Positions 31,323 to 42,612 of a stretch of 64,000 nt of DNA are shown in pieces. The DNA comes from an uncultured Methanoregulaceae archaeon. Its GTDB lineage: Archaea > Halobacteriota > Methanomicrobia > Methanomicrobiales > Methanospirillaceae. Where the stretch lies: positions 576,001-640,000 of the forward strand of contig OY970343.1 of the NCBI GenBank assembly GCA_963717525.1. Reading direction: 5' to 3'. Position numbers and translations under genes: made by a program. Each line of letters begins with the position of its first letter. The first letter of the stretch is position 1. The notes beneath the pieces are model-generated. The model saw nothing but the letters and a program-made list of their open reading frames with translations. It did no database searches and had not been told where the DNA came from.

Positions 31323-31746
31323 CTACTTTTTCCAGACTTCCATGCTGGACATGTTCTTCCCGTGGTAGGTGATCTCGGATGCTGCAAATACCAGGACCAC
31401 GTAATCGGGGTTGTCCACCGTTTTGAAATACTGCTCAAACATCGGGTTCCAGTATTTCTTTTTGGTTAAAATGTCGTCGTGGACTTTTCCCTTTGCCCTG
31501 ATTTCCACGTAGGGATCGGAGAACTCTTTTCCCGACCAGATTGCAATGGCAGTCTCGGGGTTCTTCATCAGTCTGCTCAACTTTTCTGGAACTCTTCATG
31601 GTGCCGCCCACCAGAATCATGTCAGGGAAGCCGGCCAGTACCATGAAGCGCACCGCGGGCATTTTCCCGTCAAGAGTGGCGACGGCGGCAGGGTGTGGAC
31701 CGCCCATCACTTCGAGGATCTTCTCCTTGAGTGTCATAATGCCCAT
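31323..31746 (-). CDS. pyridoxamine 5'-phosphate oxidase-like / general stress protein 26 family (frameshift at about 31572)
   Basis: AT.DG.MP.VR.M, S.KVEQ(L)MKNP, YWNP....YF...DNPDYVVL. Confidence 0.85.
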
Positions 31747-31965
31747 GTAAATATTTCATGAATGATAAAAGTTATGATAGGGGAAGACGGTTCCGGGACG
31801 GTCAGATGATCCCGCCTTCCTTTACGTCCTGTACTGTTGTTTCAGCGTATGTTTCAAAATCTGTTTTTCAGGAAAGATCCTTTAAAAGTCACCGGTGAAT
31901 ATCCGGCCCGTTGAAGGCCTCTCCCTTTCTGGCGGGGGCACCAAAAAAACAGGAACAGGTGAGAT

Positions 31966-32317
31966 CATGGAGGAAAAAACACTGGAACTCATGAAAAAAT
32001 TTGAGCAGGATCATGAGGTCTACGTCAGCGCGACCGACAAACTGACCTACTGGATCATCTATGCAAGGATACCGAAAAGCAGGGCACAGGGTGTGCATAA
32101 CCTGCATGCCGGAAGAAGATATGTCTCCGGACCCAACGAGGAGGGAAATGTTCTGATCCTGCCGGACCCGGATAATTCCGAATCCTATATTGCGGAATCC
32201 TGGGGTGCGATGCGAACGATTGACGATTTTGTGAAAAAAGCGCTCCCCCATATCCTGTCAGATAAGGAAGCAGCGGATAATGGAACGGGAGAAGGATGCG
32301 GGACCAGCTGCGGCTGA
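31966..32317 (+). CDS. hypothetical protein
   Basis: AGGTGA then ATG (MEEKTLELM); C-terminus GCGTSCG. Confidence 0.65.
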
Positions 32318-32344
32318 TCCCTTCCGGAAAAGCGAAGGTGAATT

Positions 32345-32584
32345 ATGAAACCATTACCTCAATCACAAAAAACTGTCCTTGAGATCCTTGGCACCGGTCG
32401 TGAAATGACCCACAAAGAGATCGCAGAAAAGGTGGACTATTCCCCACGGACCGTGCGTTATGCCTTAAAAAAACTCAGGGAAAAGAAACTTCTTATAAAG
32501 AAGATGAACCTGCAGGACATGCGCCAGATCATTTACCAGTACCAGATGAATCCGGTAAAGGAAACGGGGGTAGCTGACCACTGA
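32345..32584 (+). CDS. small winged-HTH transcriptional regulator
   Basis: MTHKEIAE..DYSPRTVRYALKKL.EK.L......QDMRQ..Y. Confidence 0.85.
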   Translation: MKPLPQSQKTVLEILGTGREMTHKEIAEKVDYSPRTVRYALKKLREKKLLIKKMNLQDMRQIIYQYQMNPVKETGVADH

Positions 32585-32843
32585 TCCGGAGAGGATGGGA
32601 TCGAGTCTGTTTTGATCGGATCATGGTTTCAAACCTTGTTTCAAAATGTGAGGTTCAGGAAAGATTCTATCATATACCCTGATTCAAGTCAGGATGATAA
32701 AGACCACAAATCCCTGTCAAAATCATACGCCGGTATCCAGATTGAATGGTATACTGACGTGGGGAAATTCCCGTAATGAAAAAAGGAGAACGAAAGGAAT
32801 TGCGGCCGTGTAACGTACGAGCCAATGGGGAGGACGAGAAAAC

Positions 32844-34298
32844 ATGCCAGATGTCTGTATTGGATTTGAAGTGCACCAGCCCTTCAGGCTGAACCGGGAC
32901 TTCTCGCCGGATCCAAAGAAAAAGGAGAAGGATCTGCACGCACTCTATTTTGATGAGCTTAACCGGGAAGTGCTGGAAAGAGTGGCAGAAAAATGCTACC
33001 TCCCGGCCACCCGGATCATCCTTGACAAGCTGGACGAGGGATTTCACTGTACGTTCTCCTTTTCCGGAACGCTTATTGAGCAACTGGAGAAGTGGAAACC
33101 GGATGTCCTGTCCCTCTTTGACCAGGTTGCCCGGCACAGGAATTCCGAGATCCTCGGGCAGACGTATTACCATAGCATCGCCGGGTGTTTTGGCGATAAA
33201 TCGGAATTCATGGCGCAGGCCGAAATGCATACCGATCTGATGTACGACCTCTTCAAGATCCGCCCCACCGTCTTTGAGAATACCGAGTTCACGTTTAACA
33301 ACCAGATCGCGTCCTGCGTAAAAAAGATGGGATATGCCGGGATCTTCACCGAAGGGGTGGACCGGATACTCGACTGGCGCAGCCCGCACCATATTTATTC
33401 CTGCAATGATCTGCCCGTTCTCCTCCGCGACATCCAGCTCTCTGATGATATCGCGTTCCGGTTTGGCAACCAAGGCTGGGACAAGTACCCGCTGACGGCG
33501 GATACCTATGCCGAATGGATCAGCGGCACATCCGGGGATCTCGTGAACATCTTTCTCGACTATGAAACCTTCGGCGAGCATTTCTGGAAAGAGACCGGGA
33601 TCTTCAATTTCCTCTCATATCTCCCGGAAGAACTGGAGAAACGGGGAGTCCGGACAACGCTACCCACGGAAGCCCTGGAGAGTTACCCGCCTGTCGGCAC
33701 GATCGATGTCCAGGACACCATTTCCTGGGCAGACATCGAGAAAGACGCGTCCGCGTGGATGGGAAACGAGCGGCAGCACACGGCATACTCGGCGATCCAG
33801 AAAGCAGCCACATTTGCGAAGGGCAAGGCCATCTGGCGGTATCTCCAGACAAGCGATCACTTCTATTACATGGCCTCCAAGTATGGGACCTGTGGCGAAG
33901 TCCACAACTACTTCAGCCACCATGAGGCCGATGACGCTTTTAAGATATACATGGCAATCCTTGCCGATTTTGAGAACAGGAACATCCGGTTCATGAAGAA
34001 CAAACGATCGGCAAAGACACTCCGGACACTGACACCGGAAGAGGCGTTTCACTTTGCATCGCCTTCCGGCCATGTCGGGTATGCAGCATACAGCCTGGAC
34101 CAGTTCTGCGACCTGCTCCGGGTGGTGCCGGCCGACTCGATTGCGTACCACCAGGAGCGCGGAGACATTGCCCAGTGGATCGAACATGTCCTTTTCGACC
34201 AGAAACTGGCCACAGACATCAGTGGCATCACTGACCGGCAGGACCTGATCTCCACCTTAAACGAGCGGAGAAAACTGTTATGGAGTCACTTAACGTAG
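32844..34298 (+). CDS. GH57 alpha-amylase/4-alpha-glucanotransferase family with C-terminal extension (DUF5752-like)
   Basis: FEVHQP.RL, CYLPA, SFSG, QTYYHS, NTE, LSDDIAFRF, DYETFGEH, QTSDHFYYM. Confidence 0.92.
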   Translation: MPDVCIGFEVHQPFRLNRDFSPDPKKKEKDLHALYFDELNREVLERVAEKCYLPATRIILDKLDEGFHCTFSFSGTLIEQLEKWKPDVLSLFDQVARHRNSEILGQTYYHSIAGCFGDKSEFMAQAEMHTDLMYDLFKIRPTVFENTEFTFNNQIASCVKKMGYAGIFTEGVDRILDWRSPHHIYSCNDLPVLLRDIQLSDDIAFRFGNQGWDKYPLTADTYAEWISGTSGDLVNIFLDYETFGEHFWKETGIFNFLSYLPEELEKRGVRTTLPTEALESYPPVGTIDVQDTISWADIEKDASAWMGNERQHTAYSAIQKAATFAKGKAIWRYLQTSDHFYYMASKYGTCGEVHNYFSHHEADDAFKIYMAILADFENRNIRFMKNKRSAKTLRTLTPEEAFHFASPSGHVGYAAYSLDQFCDLLRVVPADSIAYHQERGDIAQWIEHVLFDQKLATDISGITDRQDLISTLNERRKLLWSHLT

Positions 34299-35419
34299 CA
34301 TTCTTCTGCTGGGAGTCTCTCTATGCCGAGCGCGTCGGGGGGCTTGCGAGTGCAGCCACCAGGCTTGCAGAGGCCCTTGCAAAGAACCATAACGTGCACT
34401 TCTTCACCCGCGGGTGGATGCAGGACCAGGAGATCAACGGCGTCTCGTACCATTACTGCCAGCCCCAGGGAAATAATACCGTGCAGTATTGCGAGAATAT
34501 GAGCAACCAGATGGTTGATCAGTTCCAGCAGTCTGACCCACAAGAGAAATTCGACATCCTTCATTTCCATGACTGGCACCCGATACCGGCGCTCCACCGG
34601 CTGCAGGACCGGGACACCATCCTCACGTTCCATTCCACAGAATACGGCAGGAATGGCAACCAGTATGGTGACTGGTGGGAGTATAAAGAGATCTCCGGCA
34701 AGGAATGGTACGGGGGCCTCGTCGCAAAGAAGGTAACCGCGGTTTCTACCGTCATGAAGCACGAGGTGATGCAGCTCTACAATGTTCCGGACTGGAAATG
34801 TGATGTTGTCCCTAATGGCATCGTGCCAGAGCAGTACCGGGCCAGTATCGATCCCGGGGACGTGAAGCGGGCATACGGGATCCATCCGTACGCCCCCCTG
34901 ATCCTTTTTATCGGCAGGCTCGTGTACCAGAAAGGCCCTGACCTGTTTATCGAGGCGTTACGAAAGGTATGCCGTGACCGCTGGGATGCAAAAGTGATCG
35001 TGGCCGGGGACGGGGGGATGCGGCAGTATCTCCAGGAGCGGGCACGGGACCTTCCTGTCAATTTTGTCGGGTATATTCCTGACTCGGAGTATATCCGACT
35101 CCTGAATGCCTGCGATCTCGTGGTCATCCCCAGCAGGAACGAGCCTTTCGGTCTTGTGCTGCTGGAAGCATGGAGTGCGGAGAAACCGGTGGTTGCCTGT
35201 GATGTCGGCGGCCTTTCAGAGAACATCGACACGTTCGTCAACGGTATCAAGGTACAGCCGGAACCGGATTCGCTCGCATGGGGGATCAGCACGATGATCG
35301 ATGATCCCGTGAATGCGCAGGTGAGGGGACGGCGGGGAAGGACAAAGGTGGACCGGCAGTTCCTCTGGAATCCCATCGCAGACCGGATGACGAACACCTA
35401 TGCACGTGTGGGAGGGTAA
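34280..35419 (+). CDS. GT4 glycosyltransferase, paralog of 6383..7522
   Basis: Colinear with the 6383 protein with long identical blocks. Confidence 0.9.
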   Translation: MESLNVAFFCWESLYAERVGGLASAATRLAEALAKNHNVHFFTRGWMQDQEINGVSYHYCQPQGNNTVQYCENMSNQMVDQFQQSDPQEKFDILHFHDWHPIPALHRLQDRDTILTFHSTEYGRNGNQYGDWWEYKEISGKEWYGGLVAKKVTAVSTVMKHEVMQLYNVPDWKCDVVPNGIVPEQYRASIDPGDVKRAYGIHPYAPLILFIGRLVYQKGPDLFIEALRKVCRDRWDAKVIVAGDGGMRQYLQERARDLPVNFVGYIPDSEYIRLLNACDLVVIPSRNEPFGLVLLEAWSAEKPVVACDVGGLSENIDTFVNGIKVQPEPDSLAWGISTMIDDPVNAQVRGRRGRTKVDRQFLWNPIADRMTNTYARVGG

Positions 35420-35498
35420 TTCATAACCATGCATCGTTCCGGTCGATCAGCACGTGTCCGGGCGTCTGGCTTGTGTGCCTGAAAAAGGGAGAACCCGA

Positions 35499-36574
35499 AT
35501 GGAATTATTTACCCCGTATATCATGGGCGGGATTCCGCTCTCAAACAGGATGGTGATGGCACCCATGACACGGGGCCGCGCCATCGAAGGTAAGGTCCCG
35601 GGGCTGCTGTCAGTCACGTATTATGTCCAGCGGGCGACGGCAGGCCTTATCATTACCGAAGGTTCTCAGGTCAGCCCGCAGGGTGTGGGTTTTTTCCGGA
35701 CTCCCGGGATTCACACAAAGGAACAGGTCGCCGGCTGGAAGCAGGTGACTGCTGCCGTCCACCGGGCCGGGGAAAAATATTCCTCCAGCTCTGGCATGTG
35801 GGTCGCATGTCGCACCCGGATTTCCTGAATGGCGAGCTTCCGGTCGCCCCTTCAGCACTCCCGGTTGGTGAGGATATCCATACGCCGTTAGGAAAAAAGC
35901 AGATCCCGGTCCCCCGGGCACTCGAAAAAAAGGAGATACCGGGGATCGCAAAACAGTTCCGGGACGGTGCGGCAAACGCAAAAAAGGCGGGTTTCGATGG
36001 CGTTGAAATCCATGGAGCGAACGGTTACCTGCTGGACCAGTTCCTGAGGGATGGTTCAAACAGGAGAATTGACCGGTATGGGGGAAACCTGGCGAGCCGC
36101 GCCCGCCTTCCCCTCGAGGTGACCGAAGCAGTGGTCCGCGTATGGGGGGCAAAAAAGGTGGGTTACCGGATCTCGCCGCACTTCAACCTCCACGCAATGT
36201 CCGATACCAACCCCCGGGAAACCTTTGGCTATCTGGCAGAGGAGCTCGGCAGGATCGGTATTGCCTACCTTCACCTCGTGGAACCGGTTGGAGGCAGACT
36301 CGGGGCAATAAACCCGGATGCAGAGATGGCCCCGCTCATCCGTAAAAAATTTGACGGGACGCTGATCCTGAACGGAGGGTATGATAAAGAGAGCGGGGAA
36401 AAGGCGATTGAAGACGGCCTCGCAGACCTGATCGCATTCGGGACTTTGTTCCTCGCAAACCCCGATCTTCCCGAACGTTTTATGAGCGATGCCCCGCTGA
36501 ACCATGAAGATATAGCGACATTTTACACCGGTGAGGAAAAGGGATACACCGATTATCCCTCCCTAGGGAATTAA
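35499..36574 (+). CDS. Old Yellow Enzyme alkene reductase (NemA-like; frameshift at about 35772)
   Basis: NRMVMAPMTR, GLIITEG, QLWHVGR, GFDGVEIHGANGYL.DQFL, ANPDLP.R, GYTDYP. Confidence 0.92.
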
Positions 36575-36795
36575 AACCACTCTCTCCCGGGGTTCATCAA
36601 CGAAAATATCTTTTGCACGTTTTTTTTAAGATTAACTCTGTGGTCTGTACATTTCTGTTGCTTCCGGGGCTCTTTTACCTCATCATGAGATAAAAACTGG
36701 TTTTGCAGAAAGCCAGAATTAAAACAGATAGCAATGATCCTCTCGTTTTATCAGAAAAATCCTGTTCATCCGCCACATTTCCCTGAACCGGGGAG

Positions 36796-37032
36796 ATGGA
36801 TGAAATCAGTAAGAATGTCCGGATTGATCAGGTGGACAAGACTGCAAAAAAATTTTCACTCAACGACGGCTTTATGGAGTTTCGTGATGAGAATTTTTTA
36901 TTATGGGATGCTGGGCTTATCCTTACTTGTGCATCTTCTGCGAACACATGTGCACCTGCCAGGCCTCATGGGTCTGTTAAAAAAGCCGCGGAAATCTCCC
37001 CCTGGCTTTTCGTAACGCAGCGTAAAGAATGA
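36796..37032 (+). pseudogene. possible degraded fragment of a membrane-protein gene
   Basis: GGGAG-ATG start and plausible N-terminus, then the hydrophobic pattern shifts frame. Confidence 0.25.
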
Positions 37033-37165
37033 AGAGTATTATCGTCCGGACATTCAGGGTATCCAGTCATGATTACCGGGATTTGCCACGGCTTTGGCGG
37101 TGATAAAAAAAGCATGGTTTCATTTAATTTTAAAATGCCGGTAAACACCGGATCCTTGTCCGGTT

Positions 37166-37666
37166 TCAGGCCCCTGTCTCCGGCTCAAGCCGGAGAAGGA
37201 CAACATCGCCGTTTTTTCGGGTGGAGATAAAGAAATGCATCTTTTCCCGTGTGCCCCCGACGGTGCGGTCGACAACGGCCGGGCGACGGGTCACCGGATG
37301 CCCTGTTGTATAGGTTTCGTTGACCGATGCCCTGATGGTACATTCAGGACAGAATTCAGTTTTTCCGCATCCTTCGGGAAGAGAAGCATTGATGCATTCC
37401 AGTACTTTCCCGCAGATGATTCCCCTGATCTGTTCAACGGGTTTTTTTATGATCTCAATCGCAAGGGTATTTGCCGCAAGGACGTTCACATCATTATCGA
37501 CGAGAAGTACCGGGGCATCGAGCATATCGAGGAATTTCCGGATATTTAACCTGTAACGGGTAAGTATCTGTTCATAACAGGATTTACAGACACCATGGCT
37601 GGCCGGCTCGTCAGGTGATGCACCGGGACGAATGGTTGTATTGCAAAAAGAGCATATTGTTCGCAT
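37166..37666 (-). CDS. stand-alone Cys-rich PAS protein with N-terminal Zn-finger
   Basis: CSFC...SHGVCKSC; PAS (APVLLVD...V.AAN); CG.VLEC...GCG...C.EC.IR. Confidence 0.75.
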   Translation of the reverse strand: MRTICSFCNTTIRPGASPDEPASHGVCKSCYEQILTRYRLNIRKFLDMLDAPVLLVDNDVNVLAANTLAIEIIKKPVEQIRGIICGKVLECINASLPEGCGKTEFCPECTIRASVNETYTTGHPVTRRPAVVDRTVGGTREKMHFFISTRKNGDVVLLRLEPETGA

Positions 37667-37791
37667 AATAAAGCCAGGCAAACGACAATGGGAATTATTG
37701 AGATATATAATTAAGTAAATTGATTTCGTTAAGCTGCCTGCGGGAAGGATATTTTATTCTGCTTAACGTCAGCCGCTCACATTTCAGTATC

Positions 37792-40360
37792 TTACGGCGT
37801 ATTGGCGAACCGGTACGCCCCGTTCGGCAATTTAATCTCGAAACGTACTCCTTTGCCCGGTTCTCCTGTCTCGTGGATAGTGATGCCGGTGAGCGAGAGG
37901 ATCTCGCGGGAGAGGAAGAGCCCAAGGCCGGTGTTCTTCCCAAAGCCGCGATCAAAGATCTTTTCCTTGTTCTCATCTGAGATCCCGACTCCGTCATCCT
38001 CGCACACGATGATCCCGTGGCCGTCCCGATCAACAAGAGAGAACCTGATAATCGAGATCTTTCCCCCATACCGTATGGCGTTATCTACGAGGTTGTAGAA
38101 GACCTTGACGATCAGAGGGTCAGCAAATACTTCCGCCCCGGTCGGGATCTCGTTTTTCACCGTCACGTTCCCGAGCGATACCTGCCGTGTTGCAGTTTCC
38201 GCAAGCATCCGTATGTCCTGCCAGACAGGATCGGTCTTCCGTACGGTCTCGTAGGCGCTCGCAAACTGAATCATGGAGTTGATCCGGGTGCTCACCTGGG
38301 AGATCCATTTGAAGTAATCCTCAAGTGCCGGATTCCTGACTTTCTCGTGGAGGAGCTCAAGGAACCCGTTCAGCGCAACGAGCTGATTGCTGATGTCGTG
38401 CCGGGTCACGTTGGTAAGGAGGGCGAGGCTCCTGTTTGCCTGGCGGAGTGCTTCTTCTGACCGCCGGTGTTCGGTAAGGTCCCGGATTGCGCCGATTAAA
38501 ACCTTGCGTCCCTGGAGGGGCATGGCATTGACCGTGATGTCGACCGGAAAGACGCTGCCATCCTTTCTTTTGTGGAACCTGTCCCGGATGTACGGTGTCT
38601 CCTCAGTTATCGCGGTACTGGTTGCATCCGACTCGGCGGACAGGGTGGTAATGGGCAGACCGAGGAGCTCGTCCTTCTGGTAACCGTGCATAACCGATAA
38701 CGCATCATTGTAGTCAATAATTGTCCCGGTCTTTTGGTCCACCACCGCAATCCCGTCGGATTCAGCGGCAAATATACCCCGGTATTTCGCCTCACTCTCC
38801 CGGAGTGCAGCCTCTGCTTGCACGTGTTCACTGATGTCTTCCATGTGGACCATGATCAGGTCAGGGGGGGCGAAGGATGCGGTAGTATGGATAAGTCTTC
38901 CGGGCAGGAAGTGCTCCGAGACGAGATCCATCGAGATAACGGTCCGATCCGAAAAACACTTTCTTATTTCGGATAAGAGTTCAGGACGGTGTGCATAGAG
39001 ATCGGATGCACTTCTTCCGAGGTAGTCATGCGATCTCCCGCTGGTAAGGGTTTCAGCTGCCTTGTTGTAGTCAGCAAGGAAAAAATCCCCGTTGCGATGC
39101 TGCCAGGTGAAGATAGCAAGCGGATTGTTCTGGTACTGCTCGCGGAACCGGGCCTCACTCTCCGCGAGCGCCGCTTCAGTCGCTTTTTTCTCGGTAATAT
39201 CCAGGCCTACCGACTGGTATTCAGTAACCGATCCGGAAGGATCGAAGATCGCACGGTCGCTCCACTGCTGCCACCGGTACTGTGCCGTCCTTCATGATGA
39301 TCCGGTGTTCGATGCTGTCTATCGGGTGATCAGGAGTCAGGGATGCAAAGAACTGTCTCACGCGCTCCCGGTCCTCGGGGGGGATATCCGGGAGGAACCG
39401 TTTCCCGATAATCTCATCGCGATTCAGTCCGAAATACCGGCAATACGCTTCATTGACAAAGACATGGGTACCATCCGGCCGGAACCGCGAGATGAGTTCG
39501 ATCTGGTCCTCCACGACGTTCCGGTACCTCTGCTCGCTCTCGCGGATTGCATCGTCACCCAGTTTCCGTTCGGTAATATCGCGGATAGATTCAATTACAC
39601 CGATCACTTTCCCCTGCCGGTTGTAAAGCGGGCTCGCCATACCCATGAGAGTTATGGTTTTTCCCTTCGGGAAGGGATGTGTTGTATCGGCGATCAGGGT
39701 ATTTTTTTCGTGAATAATGTGTTCGTATTTTTGGGAAATGACCTCATCGGACTCAAAGATCAGATCGATCAGGATCGGCTGCCTTTTCCCATAAAACGGT
39801 ATTGCGTATTCGTAATCTCCCTTCCCCAGTATCTCCGCTGCCGAAACTCCCGTCATCTCTTCAATGGCGTGGTTCCATGCAATTACCACACCGTCGGTAT
39901 CAATTGCGAAGGTTGCGTCGGGAAGGAAGTTGATAATATCCGCTTCACGCTGCTCATGGTCTCTGATACTCGCTTCTGCCCTTCTCTGCTGGACTGCATG
40001 ACGGATCTGGTGTTCGAGTTCGGTGAATTGCGATACCGGCTCGCCACCTTTCTGGAGATAAAAATCGGCTCCCTGGTTTAAAGCCTGTATTGCAATTTCT
40101 TCCCTTCCCCGGCCGGTGAAAAGGATAAACGGAATGGTATTCCCCGAAGACCGTACCTTCTTTAAAAATGCGATACCATCCATCTCCGGCATCTGGTAAT
40201 CAGAAACGATGGCGTCATAGTTCCCTGTCTTCAGCAGTTCAAGTGCTGCCGGGGCCGAAGTGATGACGTCAACGGGAAACTGCCCGCTGCGCTCAAGGAA
40301 GAGCTTGCCGACTTCGAGCAGGCTTGCCTCATCATCAACATACAGGATGGAAGAGATCAT
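37792..40360 (-). CDS. hybrid REC-multi-PAS histidine kinase (single frameshift at about 39277)
   Basis: ILYVDDE, SDYQMP; 4 PAS; TRHDI.NQL, NLVDNA.RYG, DDGVG, GLGL; frame of 37792..38931 is open by manual reading up to about 39276. Confidence 0.9.
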
Positions 40361-40580
40361 ATCAGTCCAGGACCCGGTCTTTTACAATTTTTAGTTCTTG
40401 TTTGGACACTGAATAATATTGGTATTTGCCTTTCAGGCAGAACATGATAACGGTTACCCTGCCGGAGTGATCTATAAAAAAGATGGAAATAAAGAACCAG
40501 CGGACAGGGAGCCTGTTACCCGGTGGTGAAATCCGACGGGAATAGTTCCGTGAGCTGATAAAAAAAGAAAAGGTCTGCCG

Positions 40581-41093
40581 TTATTTCCTGGCTTTCCGGA
40601 TGATGGTCAGATCGCCGAGTGTCTGGGTGATCTTTGCCTGTGTCTTTTTTTCTGCATCATCAGCCACCATATCGACGAGCTTGATCCCGAGGACCTTTTC
40701 GAGTTTCTTTCTCACCTCTTCTTCCGGGATCAGTTCCCCTTTTTCGATCTTTTTTATAAGCAGCTCCCTTACCATCAACTGAAGGGCGAGGTCCTTCTGG
40801 GAGAGCCCTTTTTCCATACGGGACCTCCTTACCCGGTCGGCATAATCCTCAACGATTTCGCCTTCCATGTAATCGAACATGTCCCGTTTCCGCTGTGCCG
40901 GGGCCGTCACCGCGGGTGCCCGGGCCCCGGGTGCAGCCCGGCCTGTCGCCGGTCGCTGCACGTCTGTCCGCCGAGGCTGCTGCACCTCGGTCCCAAATTT
41001 CCCGCACCGGCTGCAGACCTGCAGTTCCGCGCCCTCTACCCGGATCAGTTTCGGGATGCCGCGAATGGTTTCCCCACACATTTCGCACTGCAT
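40581..41093 (-). CDS. mbf1: archaeal multiprotein bridging factor 1 (Zn-ribbon + HTH)
   Basis: MQCEMCG..EGAELQVC..C.KFG; GLSQKDLA; TLGD; divergent from PAN. Confidence 0.92.
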   Translation of the reverse strand: MQCEMCGETIRGIPKLIRVEGAELQVCSRCGKFGTEVQQPRRTDVQRPATGRAAPGARAPAVTAPAQRKRDMFDYMEGEIVEDYADRVRRSRMEKGLSQKDLALQLMVRELLIKKIEKGELIPEEEVRKKLEKVLGIKLVDMVADDAEKKTQAKITQTLGDLTIIRKARK

Positions 41094-41150
41094 ATTCTCA
41101 CAAACACTTTATATGACGATTTCCCTATATAACTATTTGAGGAACGAGAC
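41094..41150. promoter_or_regulatory. compact bidirectional archaeal promoter (mbf1/pan)
   Basis: 57-bp divergent gap with TATA-like tttatat and tatataa. Confidence 0.55.
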
Positions 41151-42462
41151 GTGGGCGATATTCTTCGCGATACGGCCGAACCGCAGACCCCCGAGGAGCT
41201 GTGCAGGCTGTACCGCACGCTTTCCGAGCAGCTGCGTGACCAACTCCAGAGGATCGAGAGCGACAAGCAGGATCTCGAGACCCAGATGCTGGAACGGGTG
41301 ACAAACCTTGAGTCGCGCAACCTCGAGCTCCGCGAGCAGATCCGGCAGGTCGAGGCGGACAAGCGCTATATCGAGACCCAGAAGATCCGGTACGAGCGGG
41401 AGGTCAGGAAACTCAAGAGCGAGAGCGAACAGCTCCGGAGCCCTCCGCTTATCATCGGGACCATCGTGGACGTGGTCGATGCGACCCGGGTCATTGTCAG
41501 GAGCAGCGCCGGACCGAGGTTCCTGGTGCGGAGCTCCCCCAGCATCAGCACTGATGACCTGAAGGCAGGTGCACGCTGCACGCTCAACCAGCAGTCGCTT
41601 GCCATTGTAGAACTGTTGCCCAGTTCTTTCGATGCCCAGGTCTACGGCATGGAACTGGTGGACTCCCCGCAGGAGTGTTACTCGGATATCGGGGGTTTAA
41701 AAAAGCAGATCAACGAGATCCGCGAGGCAGTCGAGCCTCCCGCTCAAGCGCCCGGAACTCTTCACCCGGATCGGGATCGAACCCCCCAAGGGCGTCCTGC
41801 TCCACGGGCCGCCGGGGACGGGAAAGACCCTGCTTGCAAAAGCAGTCGCCCACGAGACAAACGCCCACTTCATGCGGGTGGTGGGAAGCGAGCTTGTCCA
41901 GAAATATATCGGGGAGGGAGCCCGCCTCGTCCGCGAGCTCTTCGATCTCGCAAAGAAGAAGTCCCCGACCATCATCTTCATTGACGAGATCGATGCGGTT
42001 GGTGCCTCACGCACCGAGGCAAATACCTCGGGAGACCGCGAGGTGCAGCGGACCCTCATGCAGCTCCTTGCCGGCATGGACGGCTTTGAGAACCGGGGCG
42101 ACGTGAAGATCATCGGGGCGACAAACCGGATCGACATCCTTGACAAGGCACTCCTCCGGCCGGGCAGGTTCGACCGGATCATCGAGATCCCGCTGCCTGA
42201 CGAAGAAGGCCGCCTCTCCATCTTAAAGGTGCACAGCCGGTCCCTTACCATGGCAGACTCGGTCGATCTTCCAGAGATAGCGGGCCTGACCGAGGGAAAG
42301 AACGGGGCCGATCTCCGAGCGATCTGCATGGAGGCCGGGATGTTTGCCATCAGGAACGAGCGACCTAGGATCACCCGCGAGGACTTCCTTTCCGCGATCG
42401 AAAAAGTCCGCCTCGATTTCAGCCGTATCCTTCCCGATGTGGAAGGGCGGATGTTTGCCTGA
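41151..42462 (+). CDS. pan: proteasome-activating nucleotidase, copy 1 (frameshift at about 41736)
   Basis: Coiled coil, OB fold, [13 protein letters not shown] (in shifted frame), KYIGEG, IFIDEID, RPGRFDR; ends MFA. Confidence 0.93.
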
Positions 42463-42612
42463 TATTTTTCATTCTTTTACCGGTGTGTTTAAAGGCCGGT
42501 TTTTTCATGTTTCCGTTAATCCGATCAGTGCCCTGACCCGAAGCAACCGTGAACTTTTTCCCGTACCGCGCCAAGATGTACCGGAGTTATGGTATCTGCG
42601 AAGTGAATGTGC

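Noticed and set aside
40500..40560. FMN-riboswitch-like fragment (ggtggtgaaatccgac)
   Set aside because: Only a short resemblance; other conserved FMN blocks and a flavin-related downstream gene are absent
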